From a virus (taxonomy: Duplodnaviria; Caudoviricetes): a DNA stretch of 64,000 nt. The translations under genes and the position numbers were made by a program. The stretch covers positions 1 through 64,000 of IMG/VR virus record IMGVR_UViG_2897059268_000002. One strand, 5' to 3'. Under the pieces are notes generated by a model. The model saw only the letters and a list, made by a program, of their open reading frames with translations. It ran no database searches and had not been told where the DNA came from. Of this stretch, positions 19,061-28,397 are shown piece by piece; the stretch's first letter is position 1, and every line of letters begins with the position of its first letter.

Positions 19061-20152
19061 ATGAGTTCCCGTAACCGCCGGACCGCCAACGCCGAGGACA
19101 TGTTCCCCGGAATGCCGGACCTGCTCCCGAAGGCCCCGCCAAAGGCTGAGGAGGGCGAGCACGTGGCTCGGACCCTTGATGAGGCGATCGCCCGCTCGCA
19201 CGAGATCCTCACCGAGGCGCTCGCCACCCACCCCATCGTCGGCACGTACTGGCTCTCGTCCGGGGGGAACGATTCGGCGATCGTCGGGCACCTGCTGCGT
19301 GACCGGTACGACGCGGTGCTGCACGTGAACACGGGCACCGGCATCCCCGCAACCACCCAGTACGTGACAGATGTTGCTGCCGCTTGGGGCGACACCCTGC
19401 ACGAGCTGCACCCGAAGAACCGGTACGAGGATCTCGTCCTCGGGAAGGTCATCGCCGGTTCGGGGCCGAACGCCGGGTGGCGCCCGATCTGGAAGGGGTT
19501 CCCCGGGCCGGCTGGCCACAAGGTGATGTACCGGCAGTTGAAGAACGAGCCGCTGATGCGGTTCCGCCGGGAAACCCTGGGTGACCAGACGCGGCTGCCG
19601 CGCGCCGACCGGAAGAAGATCGTCTACCTGGGCGGAATGCGGTGGGGTGAGTCGGAGAAGCGGTTCCGGAACGCCGAGGCGATCGACCCGGACGGCAGCA
19701 TTGTGTGGGTGTCGCCGCTGGTCCACTGGACCGACGCTCACATGCGGGAGTACCGGGCCAGGCATCGCTGCCAGCAGGATCACGAGCACGCCGAGCACCG
19801 CCTGTGCTTCGACGGGGCGTTGCCGCTGAACGAGGTCACCGAGCACATCCACATGTCCGGTGAGTGCCTGTGCGGGGCTTACGCGAAGCCGGGTGAGCTC
19901 GACGAGATCGAGTTCTTCTACCCGGAGGTCGCCGCCCGCTTGAAGGCGCTGGAGGCTGAGGCGGATCAGGCTGGGGTGAAGTACTGCCGGTGGGGCCAGA
20001 AGAACGGCGGCCCTGATGCCGCGGCGCCCGCTGGTCGCCTCTGCTCCTCGTGCGTGGAGATCCCGGGGCAGGACGATCTGATCGACCAGTGGCGTGACAC
20101 CGGGCTGATCACCCCGGAGCAGCATGCCGCGTTCACCAGGCCCGCCGCGTGA
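19061..20152 (+). CDS. PAPS reductase-family (PP-loop) protein
   Basis: SSGGNDS PP-loop, NTG, GMRWGES..R, SPLVHW, SGECLC; AAAGGAG RBS. Confidence 0.8.
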   Translation: MSSRNRRTANAEDMFPGMPDLLPKAPPKAEEGEHVARTLDEAIARSHEILTEALATHPIVGTYWLSSGGNDSAIVGHLLRDRYDAVLHVNTGTGIPATTQYVTDVAAAWGDTLHELHPKNRYEDLVLGKVIAGSGPNAGWRPIWKGFPGPAGHKVMYRQLKNEPLMRFRRETLGDQTRLPRADRKKIVYLGGMRWGESEKRFRNAEAIDPDGSIVWVSPLVHWTDAHMREYRARHRCQQDHEHAEHRLCFDGALPLNEVTEHIHMSGECLCGAYAKPGELDEIEFFYPEVAARLKALEAEADQAGVKYCRWGQKNGGPDAAAPAGRLCSSCVEIPGQDDLIDQWRDTGLITPEQHAAFTRPAA

Positions 20153-20262
20153 CCGCCGACGACCGGCCTCCGCGGATCCCGCCGGACGCCCTGGCTGATC
20201 TCGATGACCTGCTCCCGCGCCGGCTTCCGCCGGACGTCCTCACGGATCTCGACGACCTGTGA
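20149..20262 (+). CDS. 37-aa peptide with an internal tandem repeat
   Basis: GTGA-coupled; RIPPDALADLDDL / RLPPDVLTDLDDL. Confidence 0.4.
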   Translation: MTADDRPPRIPPDALADLDDLLPRRLPPDVLTDLDDL

Positions 20263-20342
20263 CCCACGCAGTACCGGCTGCCCCCGTTCGACCCGGGGGC
20301 AGCCGGCCCGCCCACCGTACCTGCACTCACCTGGAGCCGTTG

Positions 20343-20495
20343 ATGCCCACCTCACCCACCCCCGCCCCGGTCGCCCCTTCCGAGCTGGACATGTCGCGGG
20401 CCGTCATCGAGCACGCCCTGACCGTCTACGGCTACAGCACCGACACCGCCCGCGGCCTCGTCGACCGGCTGATCGCCGAAGCGAGGGCCGAGTGA
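20343..20495 (+). CDS. Hypothetical protein
   Basis: GGAG RBS; coupled to next gene. Confidence 0.55.
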   Translation: MPTSPTPAPVAPSELDMSRAVIEHALTVYGYSTDTARGLVDRLIAEARAE

Positions 20496-20947
20496 TGCCG
20501 ATCTACCTCCCGGCTCCGGCGCACCGCAACGGCGCCTCCGACGGGCAGGGGTGGAACCGGTTGTCCGTTGCGTCCATGGGTGGCCTGGCGGGTGACGAGT
20601 GCGCGCTGCGGCCCCGGGACTACAGCCACCTGCGGGAGTCGCAGGACACCCGACGTGCCCGCTACGGCGGCTACGGGCCGTGCGTCACCGCCGGGAACTG
20701 CGAGGTCTGCCCGATCTTCCGGGCGACCCCTCGCACCCTGCCCTCCCTCGACGACCGAGTCCTCGTCCGCGTGCATCCCGTAGACCGCCGCCCGTACCTG
20801 ATGAACCGCCCGGACGACGGGTGGGCGTCGCTGGCGCTCCGGTGGACGTGGCAGGACCTGGCCCGCCTGGACGGGTGGGAGATCGGCCGCCGCCATGTCG
20901 ACGAGCACGGCGACGGGTTCTGGCTCAACCGCTGCACCACCCCGTGA
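20495..20947 (+). CDS. Hypothetical protein
   Basis: TGATG coupling. Confidence 0.65.
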   Translation: MPIYLPAPAHRNGASDGQGWNRLSVASMGGLAGDECALRPRDYSHLRESQDTRRARYGGYGPCVTAGNCEVCPIFRATPRTLPSLDDRVLVRVHPVDRRPYLMNRPDDGWASLALRWTWQDLARLDGWEIGRRHVDEHGDGFWLNRCTTP

Positions 20948-21024
20948 CCAGCAAGACGCCCGCCCCGGGAGATAGCCGGGGCGGGCGCCCACCGCACACC
21001 GTACCGACCACCAAGGAGCACCCG

Positions 21025-22005
21025 ATGCCCGACACCACCCCTGACCGCCCCGCCGACCAGCTGCGCGCCGCCGCCGGCCACGCCCCGAGCCCCGAACTCG
21101 CCCGCCTGCTGGAGACGCTGGCCGACGCGTCCGACCACCACACCACCGGGGAGGGCGGTTTCGTGGCGACCGTGGTGCACCCGGCCCTGGCGGTGGCCCG
21201 GCAGCTCCTCGGCACCACGACCGAGCCCGAGTCCGGGTGCGCGCACTGCGGCAGTCCCGACCACTCGTGGGACGACTGCGCGGCCTACACGGCGCTGGTC
21301 CGCGACGATGCCGCCGCCGCCCCGCCCGCGCCTGCCGACCGGGCCGCGACCCGGGACCGGATCCGCCGGGCGATCTGCGAAGCGTCCGGGTTCGACTGGC
21401 TCCCCGACGAGCTGATGGAGCCCGACGAGTACGGGGAGCACGCCGACGCGGTCCTCGCCGTGCTGGGCGCGCCTGCCGACCGGGCCGCCGTGCTCCGCGA
21501 GGCCGCCACCGCCCTGGAGAAGCGCGCCGCCGAACTCGCCGATCACGCCGACGAGCAGGCCTCTGACGCGCTGGAGGACCGCGCGCAGGAGTGGGTGTGG
21601 GCCGCCGACCACCTCCGTCGTCTGGCTGGTGAGGCTGCCGCCGGGGCACACCAGACCGAGCAGGCCTTGCGGGTCCGGATCCGTGAACTCGCCGGGAGTT
21701 GGCGCCTCGGAGCCGACGAGGGAGATCTCGGCCCCGGGTGGGCATCTGCGGCAGCCGCACTTTTCGCTGTCGTCGACAACCCGTACATCACCCACACGGA
21801 GGTCGGGCTCGACCACCCCGCCACGACGGGGCGTGTCCCCGCTGTCCCTGCCGCGCCCGAGGAGACCACCCCCGCCCCGCAGTGCAGCGCGGGCCTCCTC
21901 CCTCCGACGGACGAGGCCGTCGACCGCTGCGTCCGGCACGGAGCCCACGACACCCACGTCACCGCCGCCGGAGTCCGCTGGCCCAACGAGGACCCGGAGC
22001 TGTGA
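21025..22005 (+). CDS. Mosaic hypothetical protein with APADRAA linkers
   Basis: AAGGAG RBS; CAHCGS..H..DDC zinc-knuckle-like motif. Confidence 0.7.
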   Translation: MPDTTPDRPADQLRAAAGHAPSPELARLLETLADASDHHTTGEGGFVATVVHPALAVARQLLGTTTEPESGCAHCGSPDHSWDDCAAYTALVRDDAAAAPPAPADRAATRDRIRRAICEASGFDWLPDELMEPDEYGEHADAVLAVLGAPADRAAVLREAATALEKRAAELADHADEQASDALEDRAQEWVWAADHLRRLAGEAAAGAHQTEQALRVRIRELAGSWRLGADEGDLGPGWASAAAALFAVVDNPYITHTEVGLDHPATTGRVPAVPAAPEETTPAPQCSAGLLPPTDEAVDRCVRHGAHDTHVTAAGVRWPNEDPEL

Positions 22006-22295
22006 CCGCCCTCGCAGCCGTGCTGGCCGCGCTCACCGCCGGGTACGGGCTCGGCCGCTACCAGCCCCTCCACCGCGTCTCCGACTGGGCGAACTGGCAC
22101 CGGTACGGGAACCGCCCCACCGGGCCCCGCCGCTGGGCCGTGTACACCGTCCTGTCCGCCGAGAACATCGGCTGGCTGATCGCCCACCCGGTGCAGGGCT
22201 GGGACGCGTGGAAGCACCGCCACGACCCGCCCCCGGCACGCGGCCCCGCCCTCACGTTCACCACCCGCACCCGAGCGCCCGAGGAGACCCGGTGA
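22002..22295 (+). CDS. Small hypothetical protein, hydrophobic N-terminus
   Basis: GTGA coupling. Confidence 0.6.
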   Translation: MTALAAVLAALTAGYGLGRYQPLHRVSDWANWHRYGNRPTGPRRWAVYTVLSAENIGWLIAHPVQGWDAWKHRHDPPPARGPALTFTTRTRAPEETR

Positions 22296-22792
22296 CCACG
22301 CCTCTGCCCGACGGACTCGTTGACTACCTCATCGCGCGGGACGCCGAACGAGCCGACGCCGTCACCCAGTTCCTCGGCCGCCTCACCGACCGCGAGCACA
22401 CCCTCATGCGCGAAGCCGCCGTCATGGGCTACGTCCAAGGCCGCCGCCACCCGCAGGACGAGGACCAGCCGAAGGACACCGTCACCCTCCGCCTCGTCAT
22501 CGACGCCGCCCTCGACCTCCCCGACCTCTACCCGGCCGTCGCCGCCGTCGAGGAGCAGGTGACGACCACGACCTTGGAGCACTTCGTCGTGGTCCGGCAG
22601 CCCGACGGAACGTGGGAGCAGGCCAGCAGCTCCAGCACGGACACCGCGTACATCCAGCGGCAGCTCGCCCGGATGCAGGCCACCCACCCCGACTGGGAGT
22701 GCCGCATCAACTGGCTGGCCACCACCCGCACCACCGGGCCGATCCCGAGGATCGTCCCGGCCGCCACCACCCCCGCCCCTGCTGCCGGGTGA
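22292..22792 (+). CDS. Hypothetical protein
   Basis: GAGGAG RBS, GTGA coupling. Confidence 0.65.
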   Translation: MTTPLPDGLVDYLIARDAERADAVTQFLGRLTDREHTLMREAAVMGYVQGRRHPQDEDQPKDTVTLRLVIDAALDLPDLYPAVAAVEEQVTTTTLEHFVVVRQPDGTWEQASSSSTDTAYIQRQLARMQATHPDWECRINWLATTRTTGPIPRIVPAATTPAPAAG

Positions 22793-22817
22793 TCCCGGCC
22801 CAACCACGGAGACGACC

Positions 22818-23510
22818 ATGACCGACCGCGACGCGATGGTTCGGTACGACCAACTCGCCTCCCGTGTCTACGAGGAGCGGCGCATGCCATCCGGGACTCG
22901 GGACCTCCTCCTTGCCCTCGGCTGGGTCACACTCCGGGATCCTCGCCGCCACGACCCCGCCCTCACCATCTGGGCCCGCACCCGAGACGTGCTGAACGCC
23001 GACAACAAGCGCATGTGGCAGCTCATCACCGAGGACGTCCCCCGCTACGACTCCGACCTCCACGACGACTCACCCGGCGGCTGCCAGGCCCCGATGATCC
23101 GGGCGCAGCGCCTGTGCGGTCGGTCGACCATGCATGGGTTCTCCGAGTGCGACCCGGCCACGGGCTGGTCCCGGTACTGGGGGTTCTGCAACCGGCCGCG
23201 CTGCCGCGAGTACATGGCCCCGATCTGGGAGCGGTCGCGCGGCAGCCACAAGCGGGCACCCGAGCCCATCCCGAATGCCGGGGGCCTCCTGCCGCTGTTC
23301 TTCTCCTGGAACTGGGAGTCGAAGTACCGCAAGGCCATGGAGCTGATCAAGTACCACTCCTCCTGGGAGCCCCCGGGCTACGGCCTCTCCGCCGACGAAT
23401 GGCCCACCGTCCCCGGCTCCGAGCCCGTCAAGGCGTTCCCCAAGCTTCGGCTCGTCGCCTCAGGCGGCGAGATCGTCACCCCGCCCGCGCCCCGACTCAC
23501 CCCCGCCTGA
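22818..23510 (+). CDS. Hypothetical Cys-containing protein
   Basis: GGAG RBS, GC3-rich. Confidence 0.7.
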   Translation: MTDRDAMVRYDQLASRVYEERRMPSGTRDLLLALGWVTLRDPRRHDPALTIWARTRDVLNADNKRMWQLITEDVPRYDSDLHDDSPGGCQAPMIRAQRLCGRSTMHGFSECDPATGWSRYWGFCNRPRCREYMAPIWERSRGSHKRAPEPIPNAGGLLPLFFSWNWESKYRKAMELIKYHSSWEPPGYGLSADEWPTVPGSEPVKAFPKLRLVASGGEIVTPPAPRLTPA

Positions 23511-23578
23511 CCACCCCTGCTGTGTGGCCGCCCCACCACAGGCGGCCACCCTGACCCCGAACCCCGGAAGGACCACCT

Positions 23579-23800
23579 GTGATCGCCTCCCTCACCTGGC
23601 AGCCCGATGACACCGACCAGCCCGAGACCGTCACCATCGACATGCCCGCCCACCTGGTCGCCGACCTCCAGCACCTCATCGACGCCCGGCATGACTTCGG
23701 GGACGCCGTGGCCTGGATCCCCACCCGCGACGACGCCGGGGCATACATTCCGCGCCTCTTCCGCCTGGCCCGCATCACCGCCACCGAGGGGGCCCGGTGA
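23579..23800 (+). CDS. Hypothetical protein
   Basis: AAGGA RBS. Confidence 0.6.
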   Translation: MIASLTWQPDDTDQPETVTIDMPAHLVADLQHLIDARHDFGDAVAWIPTRDDAGAYIPRLFRLARITATEGAR

Positions 23801-23931
23801 CCACCCAGCCCGCGCCTATCTGCCAGTGGTGCCAGCAGCCCGCCCAACCACCCGTCACCTTGTGGGACGGGCGCCCCCAGTGCGACGACCCGCACGCCTG
23901 CGCCAAGCGCATCCCGAAGGAGGAGCAGTGA
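23797..23931 (+). CDS. 44-aa Cys-rich peptide
   Basis: Coupled on both sides; CQWC...CDDPHAC. Confidence 0.5.
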   Translation: MTTQPAPICQWCQQPAQPPVTLWDGRPQCDDPHACAKRIPKEEQ

Positions 23932-24464
23932 CCACCCAGCCCGAGGCCGAGAACCTGGCCGCAGTCCGCGAGGCAGTCACCGACAGCATCAGCTTCTCCG
24001 AGGCCGCGAACCTGTCCGAGACCCCCAACACCCTCACCGACGCCCTCCACGCGCAGGCCCTCCTCCAAGCCGCCCGCATCGTCACCGCCACAGCTACACC
24101 GGGCAGCTCGCTGACCGAAGCCGTCGAAGGGGTCGTGCGCGCGCTTCACCGGGAGGCTGCCCGCCTGATCGCACCTGAGGCCACTGGCACCGCAGAACCG
24201 AACCTCGCCGCCATAGACAAGGCGTCCCGGGAACTGTCCCCGGCGCTCCGGCAGTCACGCGCGCAGCTGGCCGACGAGGCCGAACGGTGCCCAGAGTGCA
24301 CCACCAGCCTGGCCATCTACCCCGACGACGAGCTCGTCTACTGGCGCCAGGACCCGCGCCCGTTCTGCTCCGGCGAATGCGCCATCGAGTTCGATGCCCG
24401 CCGCAACGCCGCCGACGTTTACCGCCGAGCCTGGGACGCCGTCCGCAAGGGAGACCGCCCATGA
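23928..24464 (+). CDS. Hypothetical protein with C-terminal Zn finger
   Basis: CPEC...FCSGEC; AGGAGG RBS. Confidence 0.65.
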   Translation: MTTQPEAENLAAVREAVTDSISFSEAANLSETPNTLTDALHAQALLQAARIVTATATPGSSLTEAVEGVVRALHREAARLIAPEATGTAEPNLAAIDKASRELSPALRQSRAQLADEAERCPECTTSLAIYPDDELVYWRQDPRPFCSGECAIEFDARRNAADVYRRAWDAVRKGDRP

Positions 24465-24868
24465 CCACCAGGCGAATCCCCCTCGACGATCACACCAGCG
24501 ACACCCTCGACGCCCTCTACGACGAACGCGACGAGGCCAGGCTCAAGGCCGCCAACCTTGAACGGGACCTGCGCACCGAACGCTGGTACGCCGAAGACCG
24601 AAAGCGCGGGCTGCGCCTGCAACGGCAGCGTGCTGAGAAAGCCGAGGCCCGTGTCCGCGGGCTGGAGGGCATCGTCGCCCGCGTCAACCGGGCCGTCGAC
24701 ACCGGGCCGGTCGGTGCCTGCTGTGCCCACATCATCCGCGCCGCCCTCACCCCGCCCGCCGGCCTGTGCGGGTGCGGGCGCCCCGACCCCGGGCCCTGCA
24801 CCCCCTGCCCCCACCGGAGCACCAGCCTCCACTGCGCCTGCGTCTGCACACCCCAGGCCGCCCCGTGA
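24461..24868 (+). CDS. Hypothetical coiled-coil/Cys-rich protein
   Basis: ATGA coupling; RIPLDDHTSDTLDALY N-terminus. Confidence 0.65.
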   Translation: MTTRRIPLDDHTSDTLDALYDERDEARLKAANLERDLRTERWYAEDRKRGLRLQRQRAEKAEARVRGLEGIVARVNRAVDTGPVGACCAHIIRAALTPPAGLCGCGRPDPGPCTPCPHRSTSLHCACVCTPQAAP

Positions 24869-25020
24869 CCGGGCCACCCCCGTGCGCCTACGGGTACCCC
24901 TGCCACTACGACGACGAGGCAGGGGCCTGCCCCTGCGACACCCCGCCCCCGCCCCCGCATCTCGGCGTCAGAACCGCCTCGCCAGGCAACACCGCTCACG
25001 CATGGGTCATGCTCCGCACC

Positions 25021-25305
25021 TCACGCATAGCGGATGGCTGTGCCATAGCCCTGGCAAACCGTCCGGGTCTCGATCCTCTCGCCCGACATGAAGCCCACCC
25101 TCGTGCTCGTGTCCGACACAGTGACAAAACGCACCCCAATGACCGCGTCAGCCCTATGACTCGCGGCCGTCGACTCCAGACTGGAGTGCGCCTCGCTCAA
25201 ATTCGGGGCCTCCGCCCCCCAGATCAACCAACTCTGGCCAATGGCAAGCCCCGTCAACGGCGAATCGGTAGTAGTCATCGGTATTTGCTGTCCCTGTTTC
25301 CCCAT
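25021..25305 (-). CDS. YbjQ-like (heavy-metal-binding fold) small protein, moron
   Basis: MTTTD...ADAVIGVRF...YGTAIR; opposite strand, lower GC. Confidence 0.6.
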   Translation of the reverse strand: MGKQGQQIPMTTTDSPLTGLAIGQSWLIWGAEAPNLSEAHSSLESTAASHRADAVIGVRFVTVSDTSTRVGFMSGERIETRTVCQGYGTAIRYA

Positions 25306-25507
25306 CACGTCAGTGTGGCGGATCTGGCGTGCCACGTCACCGGACGGGGCCTAGCCTCGTCTCGCCGTCAGAACCGCATCGCCGGGTGGCACCGCTGACA
25401 CAGCGTCGTCGTCGGCAGCCCGTCACGGCCGGTCGTATCCCGCCGACCTGGACGCCTCCACCGGATCCGGTGGACGCCTCGCTCCGCGCCCGGCATCGTC
25501 TTGACCC

Positions 25508-26392
25508 ATGCCGACCAGCAACCAGCCCCACCTCGCCAGCGAGTCTCCACGCCAAGACAAGAGGCTTACCGGACTCCACATCCTGGCCATCGTGGTGCTC
25601 CCTCCCGTCCTCTTCGCACAGATCGTTCTCGCTGTTGAATTTGGCGATGACCTAGCTAACGCTATCCGGGACGGCAGTCCCATCGCGCAGGCCCTTGTGT
25701 TCGGCGGCGGGCTATCAGTCATGTGGCTAGCAAGCTTGCTAGCCGACAGCACTGACCCCGAAGAAGGCGAGAGCAGGCAACGTCTCACTCAAGCAGAGTC
25801 CGCTCTCACTGACGCTCTCCGCGGGAGCTTGGCCCACCAGCCGCACGACTCCCTCCCTGACCTGCAACGGTCAGAGGGCAGCGAAGCCTCAGATGGCAAC
25901 CGACCCCTCAGGCAAAGGCTCCTCGGGCTAGCAGAGTTATGGGAAGCTACCCACGCCCGCCTCGACCTTTACCACCACATCGCAACCGGCCAGGCCAAGA
26001 CGTCTTTCCGGAACGCCCAGGTCGCCATGGCCGCCGGCTTCTTCCTCCTGGTCGTCTTCGCTGGCATCGCCGTCTGGGCCAGCACCACCGCAGTCGCCAT
26101 CGTGGCCGGCGGGCTCGGCGCCGTATCCGCGGCCCTCGCCGGCTACGTCGCCAGAACGTTCATCCGCTCCCAGGAGTCCGCCGCCACCCACCTCCGGTCC
26201 TACTTCGACCAACCGCTCGAACTCTCCCGCTACCTTGCCGCGGAACGGTTGGTTGCCGACGGAGACCTCACCCAAGAACAGCGTGGGGAAATCCTCTCCG
26301 CCCTCGTCCAAGCCATGGTCGCCGGACCACAACCGCCAGCCCCAGCCCAGCCCGTCGTCCTCGCCTCCGTCCCAGGGCAACCAGGGGCGTGA
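25508..26392 (+). CDS. Membrane protein with TRADD-N-associated 2TM-like domain
   Basis: Four hydrophobic segments; LDLYHHIATGQAKTSFRNAQ-TM-TM-TFIRSQ. Confidence 0.65.
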   Translation: MPTSNQPHLASESPRQDKRLTGLHILAIVVLPPVLFAQIVLAVEFGDDLANAIRDGSPIAQALVFGGGLSVMWLASLLADSTDPEEGESRQRLTQAESALTDALRGSLAHQPHDSLPDLQRSEGSEASDGNRPLRQRLLGLAELWEATHARLDLYHHIATGQAKTSFRNAQVAMAAGFFLLVVFAGIAVWASTTAVAIVAGGLGAVSAALAGYVARTFIRSQESAATHLRSYFDQPLELSRYLAAERLVADGDLTQEQRGEILSALVQAMVAGPQPPAPAQPVVLASVPGQPGA

Positions 26393-26515
26393 GCGCCGAA
26401 GCAGGAGACCTGAGCACATCCCCCAGCCCAGCGAAGAGAACCCCTGCGAGTGACGCTCGGAGACACGCCGCCTGGCGTTCGCGGCGCTCCTGCCGAGAGC
26501 CACTAAGAAGCCAGC

Positions 26516-26905
26516 ATGAGCGAACCCTACGACTTCGACTTCGAGCTCCACGTTGCACTGCGTGAAGGCCTTGGGCGGCGATCCGAACGTAGCCACGGCG
26601 CCGTGGTCTTCGGTCAACTGGCCAAAGTCATCTACCAGCAGTTGGGGAGAGAGGACTCGCTCAGGTTCTTCCGGTGCGCCATCGCGGAAACTACAGCACC
26701 CGGAGAGCACGGCCGGTATCTGCTGCTCAGTGACCGGCTTTCCAGGGCGCTCTGGACCGAGTTCGGCGATGGCGAAGACGAGCGCGTAAACGCAGCTTGG
26801 CACATCTTCATCACCGCCCACAGAGTCGCAGGGGACCAGGAGGCTATCCGCGTGTCCCGATGCATCCTCGAAGCGCTGAGCGCCGAACACGTACACGCCG
26901 CGTGA
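26516..26905 (+). CDS. Hypothetical protein
   Basis: 129-aa ORF with protein-like composition. Confidence 0.5.
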   Translation: MSEPYDFDFELHVALREGLGRRSERSHGAVVFGQLAKVIYQQLGREDSLRFFRCAIAETTAPGEHGRYLLLSDRLSRALWTEFGDGEDERVNAAWHIFITAHRVAGDQEAIRVSRCILEALSAEHVHAA

Positions 26906-27039
26906 TGCAGAAGCCCTGCGGGTGGCCAGCAGAAAGGGCCGGCGGGGAACCACCTCGCCGACGCCTCCTGGACGGGTAGTGGGCAGGACCGGATACGGCC
27001 GGGCAGCACCAGCTGCCCGGCCGTAAGAATCCGCAGAGG

Positions 27040-27519
27040 TCAGGCGCCCGCCGAGGACTGAACCCCCGCAAGGGCCTCCTCGATCACACCCAAGAACTCG
27101 CCCGCCGCATCCTGCCGCCACGCCGTCGCATGCAGAAACGCCTCCGCCAGCTCGGCGAACCCGTTCCGCTCACCCGCCGCCCGTTCCAACGCCCTCGCCA
27201 CAGCAAACACTCGCCGCGACACCCGCTGCCGCTCCACCACCAGCTCCGCGAACGCCAACACCTCGGTCAGGGCGTGATCCGGCGACGCCTCCAGCACCAG
27301 ACCACCACGCTTGTCCCGGAAGAACGACAACGTCGACTCCCCGCCCGAGGAACTGTTCAGGCGCAGACTGATGCTGTGCTCCGCGGCGAACGCCCACAGC
27401 CTCGCGCCGACGTCCGCAGGCGAGGCCTGGGCCGGCGGCGGAGGGGGAACCGGGGCCGACAAGACCGAGGCGGAGGCGGGGGAGGACAGCACCGACGACT
27501 TGTTTCTTGTTACGCTCAC
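27040..27519 (-). CDS. Hypothetical protein
   Basis: GAAGAAGG RBS upstream on minus strand. Confidence 0.6.
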   Translation of the reverse strand: MSVTRNKSSVLSSPASASVLSAPVPPPPPAQASPADVGARLWAFAAEHSISLRLNSSSGGESTLSFFRDKRGGLVLEASPDHALTEVLAFAELVVERQRVSRRVFAVARALERAAGERNGFAELAEAFLHATAWRQDAAGEFLGVIEEALAGVQSSAGA

Positions 27520-27772
27520 GGATAGACCTTCTTCCTGAGACGGAGCGGGTTGAAGACCAGCTGGTGATGCGGCTGGTCCCGGCCCAGGCGCCTGATACGC
27601 GCCTGGGCCTCTTGCATGACCGGGGTGATAGCCCGGGGTACTGCGAGCGCCAGGTGATGAGCCCGACGTGGGATGAGACTAGATCGCGCCAAGAGACACC
27701 TAGCGCACGATGATCCGAAAATAGCTACCTCTCTCCTTGCAACTTTGACGGTTCCGACATGTTGGAAACCGC

Positions 27773-28397
27773 AGGTCAGAGATCAGATTGACCCTTTCAG
27801 GAAGTCGCTGACCTCCTAGCTTTTCACTTTGCTGGTGCCCGGATGATTGCCTAACTGGATTTCGGCAAGTACCTTCATCAGCCCGCAAAGCTGACCGAAA
27901 CCCGACCACGGCCACCGGCCAGCATGCGCACGGTCCCCGACTCGCGATGCCACGTGGAAGGAACTTAGTTCAGGACAGCCAGTGCGAGACGCTGGACCGG
28001 CCATCTCTCTCTGTAGTTTCCTGCATGTCTTAATAGACAGAACGCGCAGGTCAGAGGACTCATTATCCCCCTCGGTGGACCGCTGACCTCCGACTTCCTT
28101 CACCTTCCGTTGCGTATTCGCGTTTCGGTGTGGTCCCTTTTAGTGCAGTTTTGGCGTAAATCTGGAACCTGGAAGATGTGTCCGGAAAATGGTCCTGCTC
28201 CCAGTCGCGCGCCACCCAAACGGAGCGCCTTGAAGTTCGGTACGAGGGAGAGGCTAGACCCGGCCACCCCAACTCCCTTCTGAACCAAAGGTGAAGTAGA
28301 CACCCCGACCTCCACCCAACCCGCTCATCCGAGCGCGAGTCGAAGGATGCTTCGCAGGTCAGGGCATGATCCCTCCGGACCGGCGCGCCCCTGACCT
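27773..28397. repeat. Three AGGTCAG-N28-CTGACCT inverted pairs in non-coding DNA
   Basis: 27773-27814, 28048-28089 and 28356-28397; each preceded by CGC. Confidence 0.8.

Noticed and set aside
19061-20152. Complete Dnd/Ssp phosphorothioation or 7-deazaguanine pathway
   Set aside because: No partner genes (desulfurase, DndD/E, QueD/E, FolE, DpdA) recognised in the window
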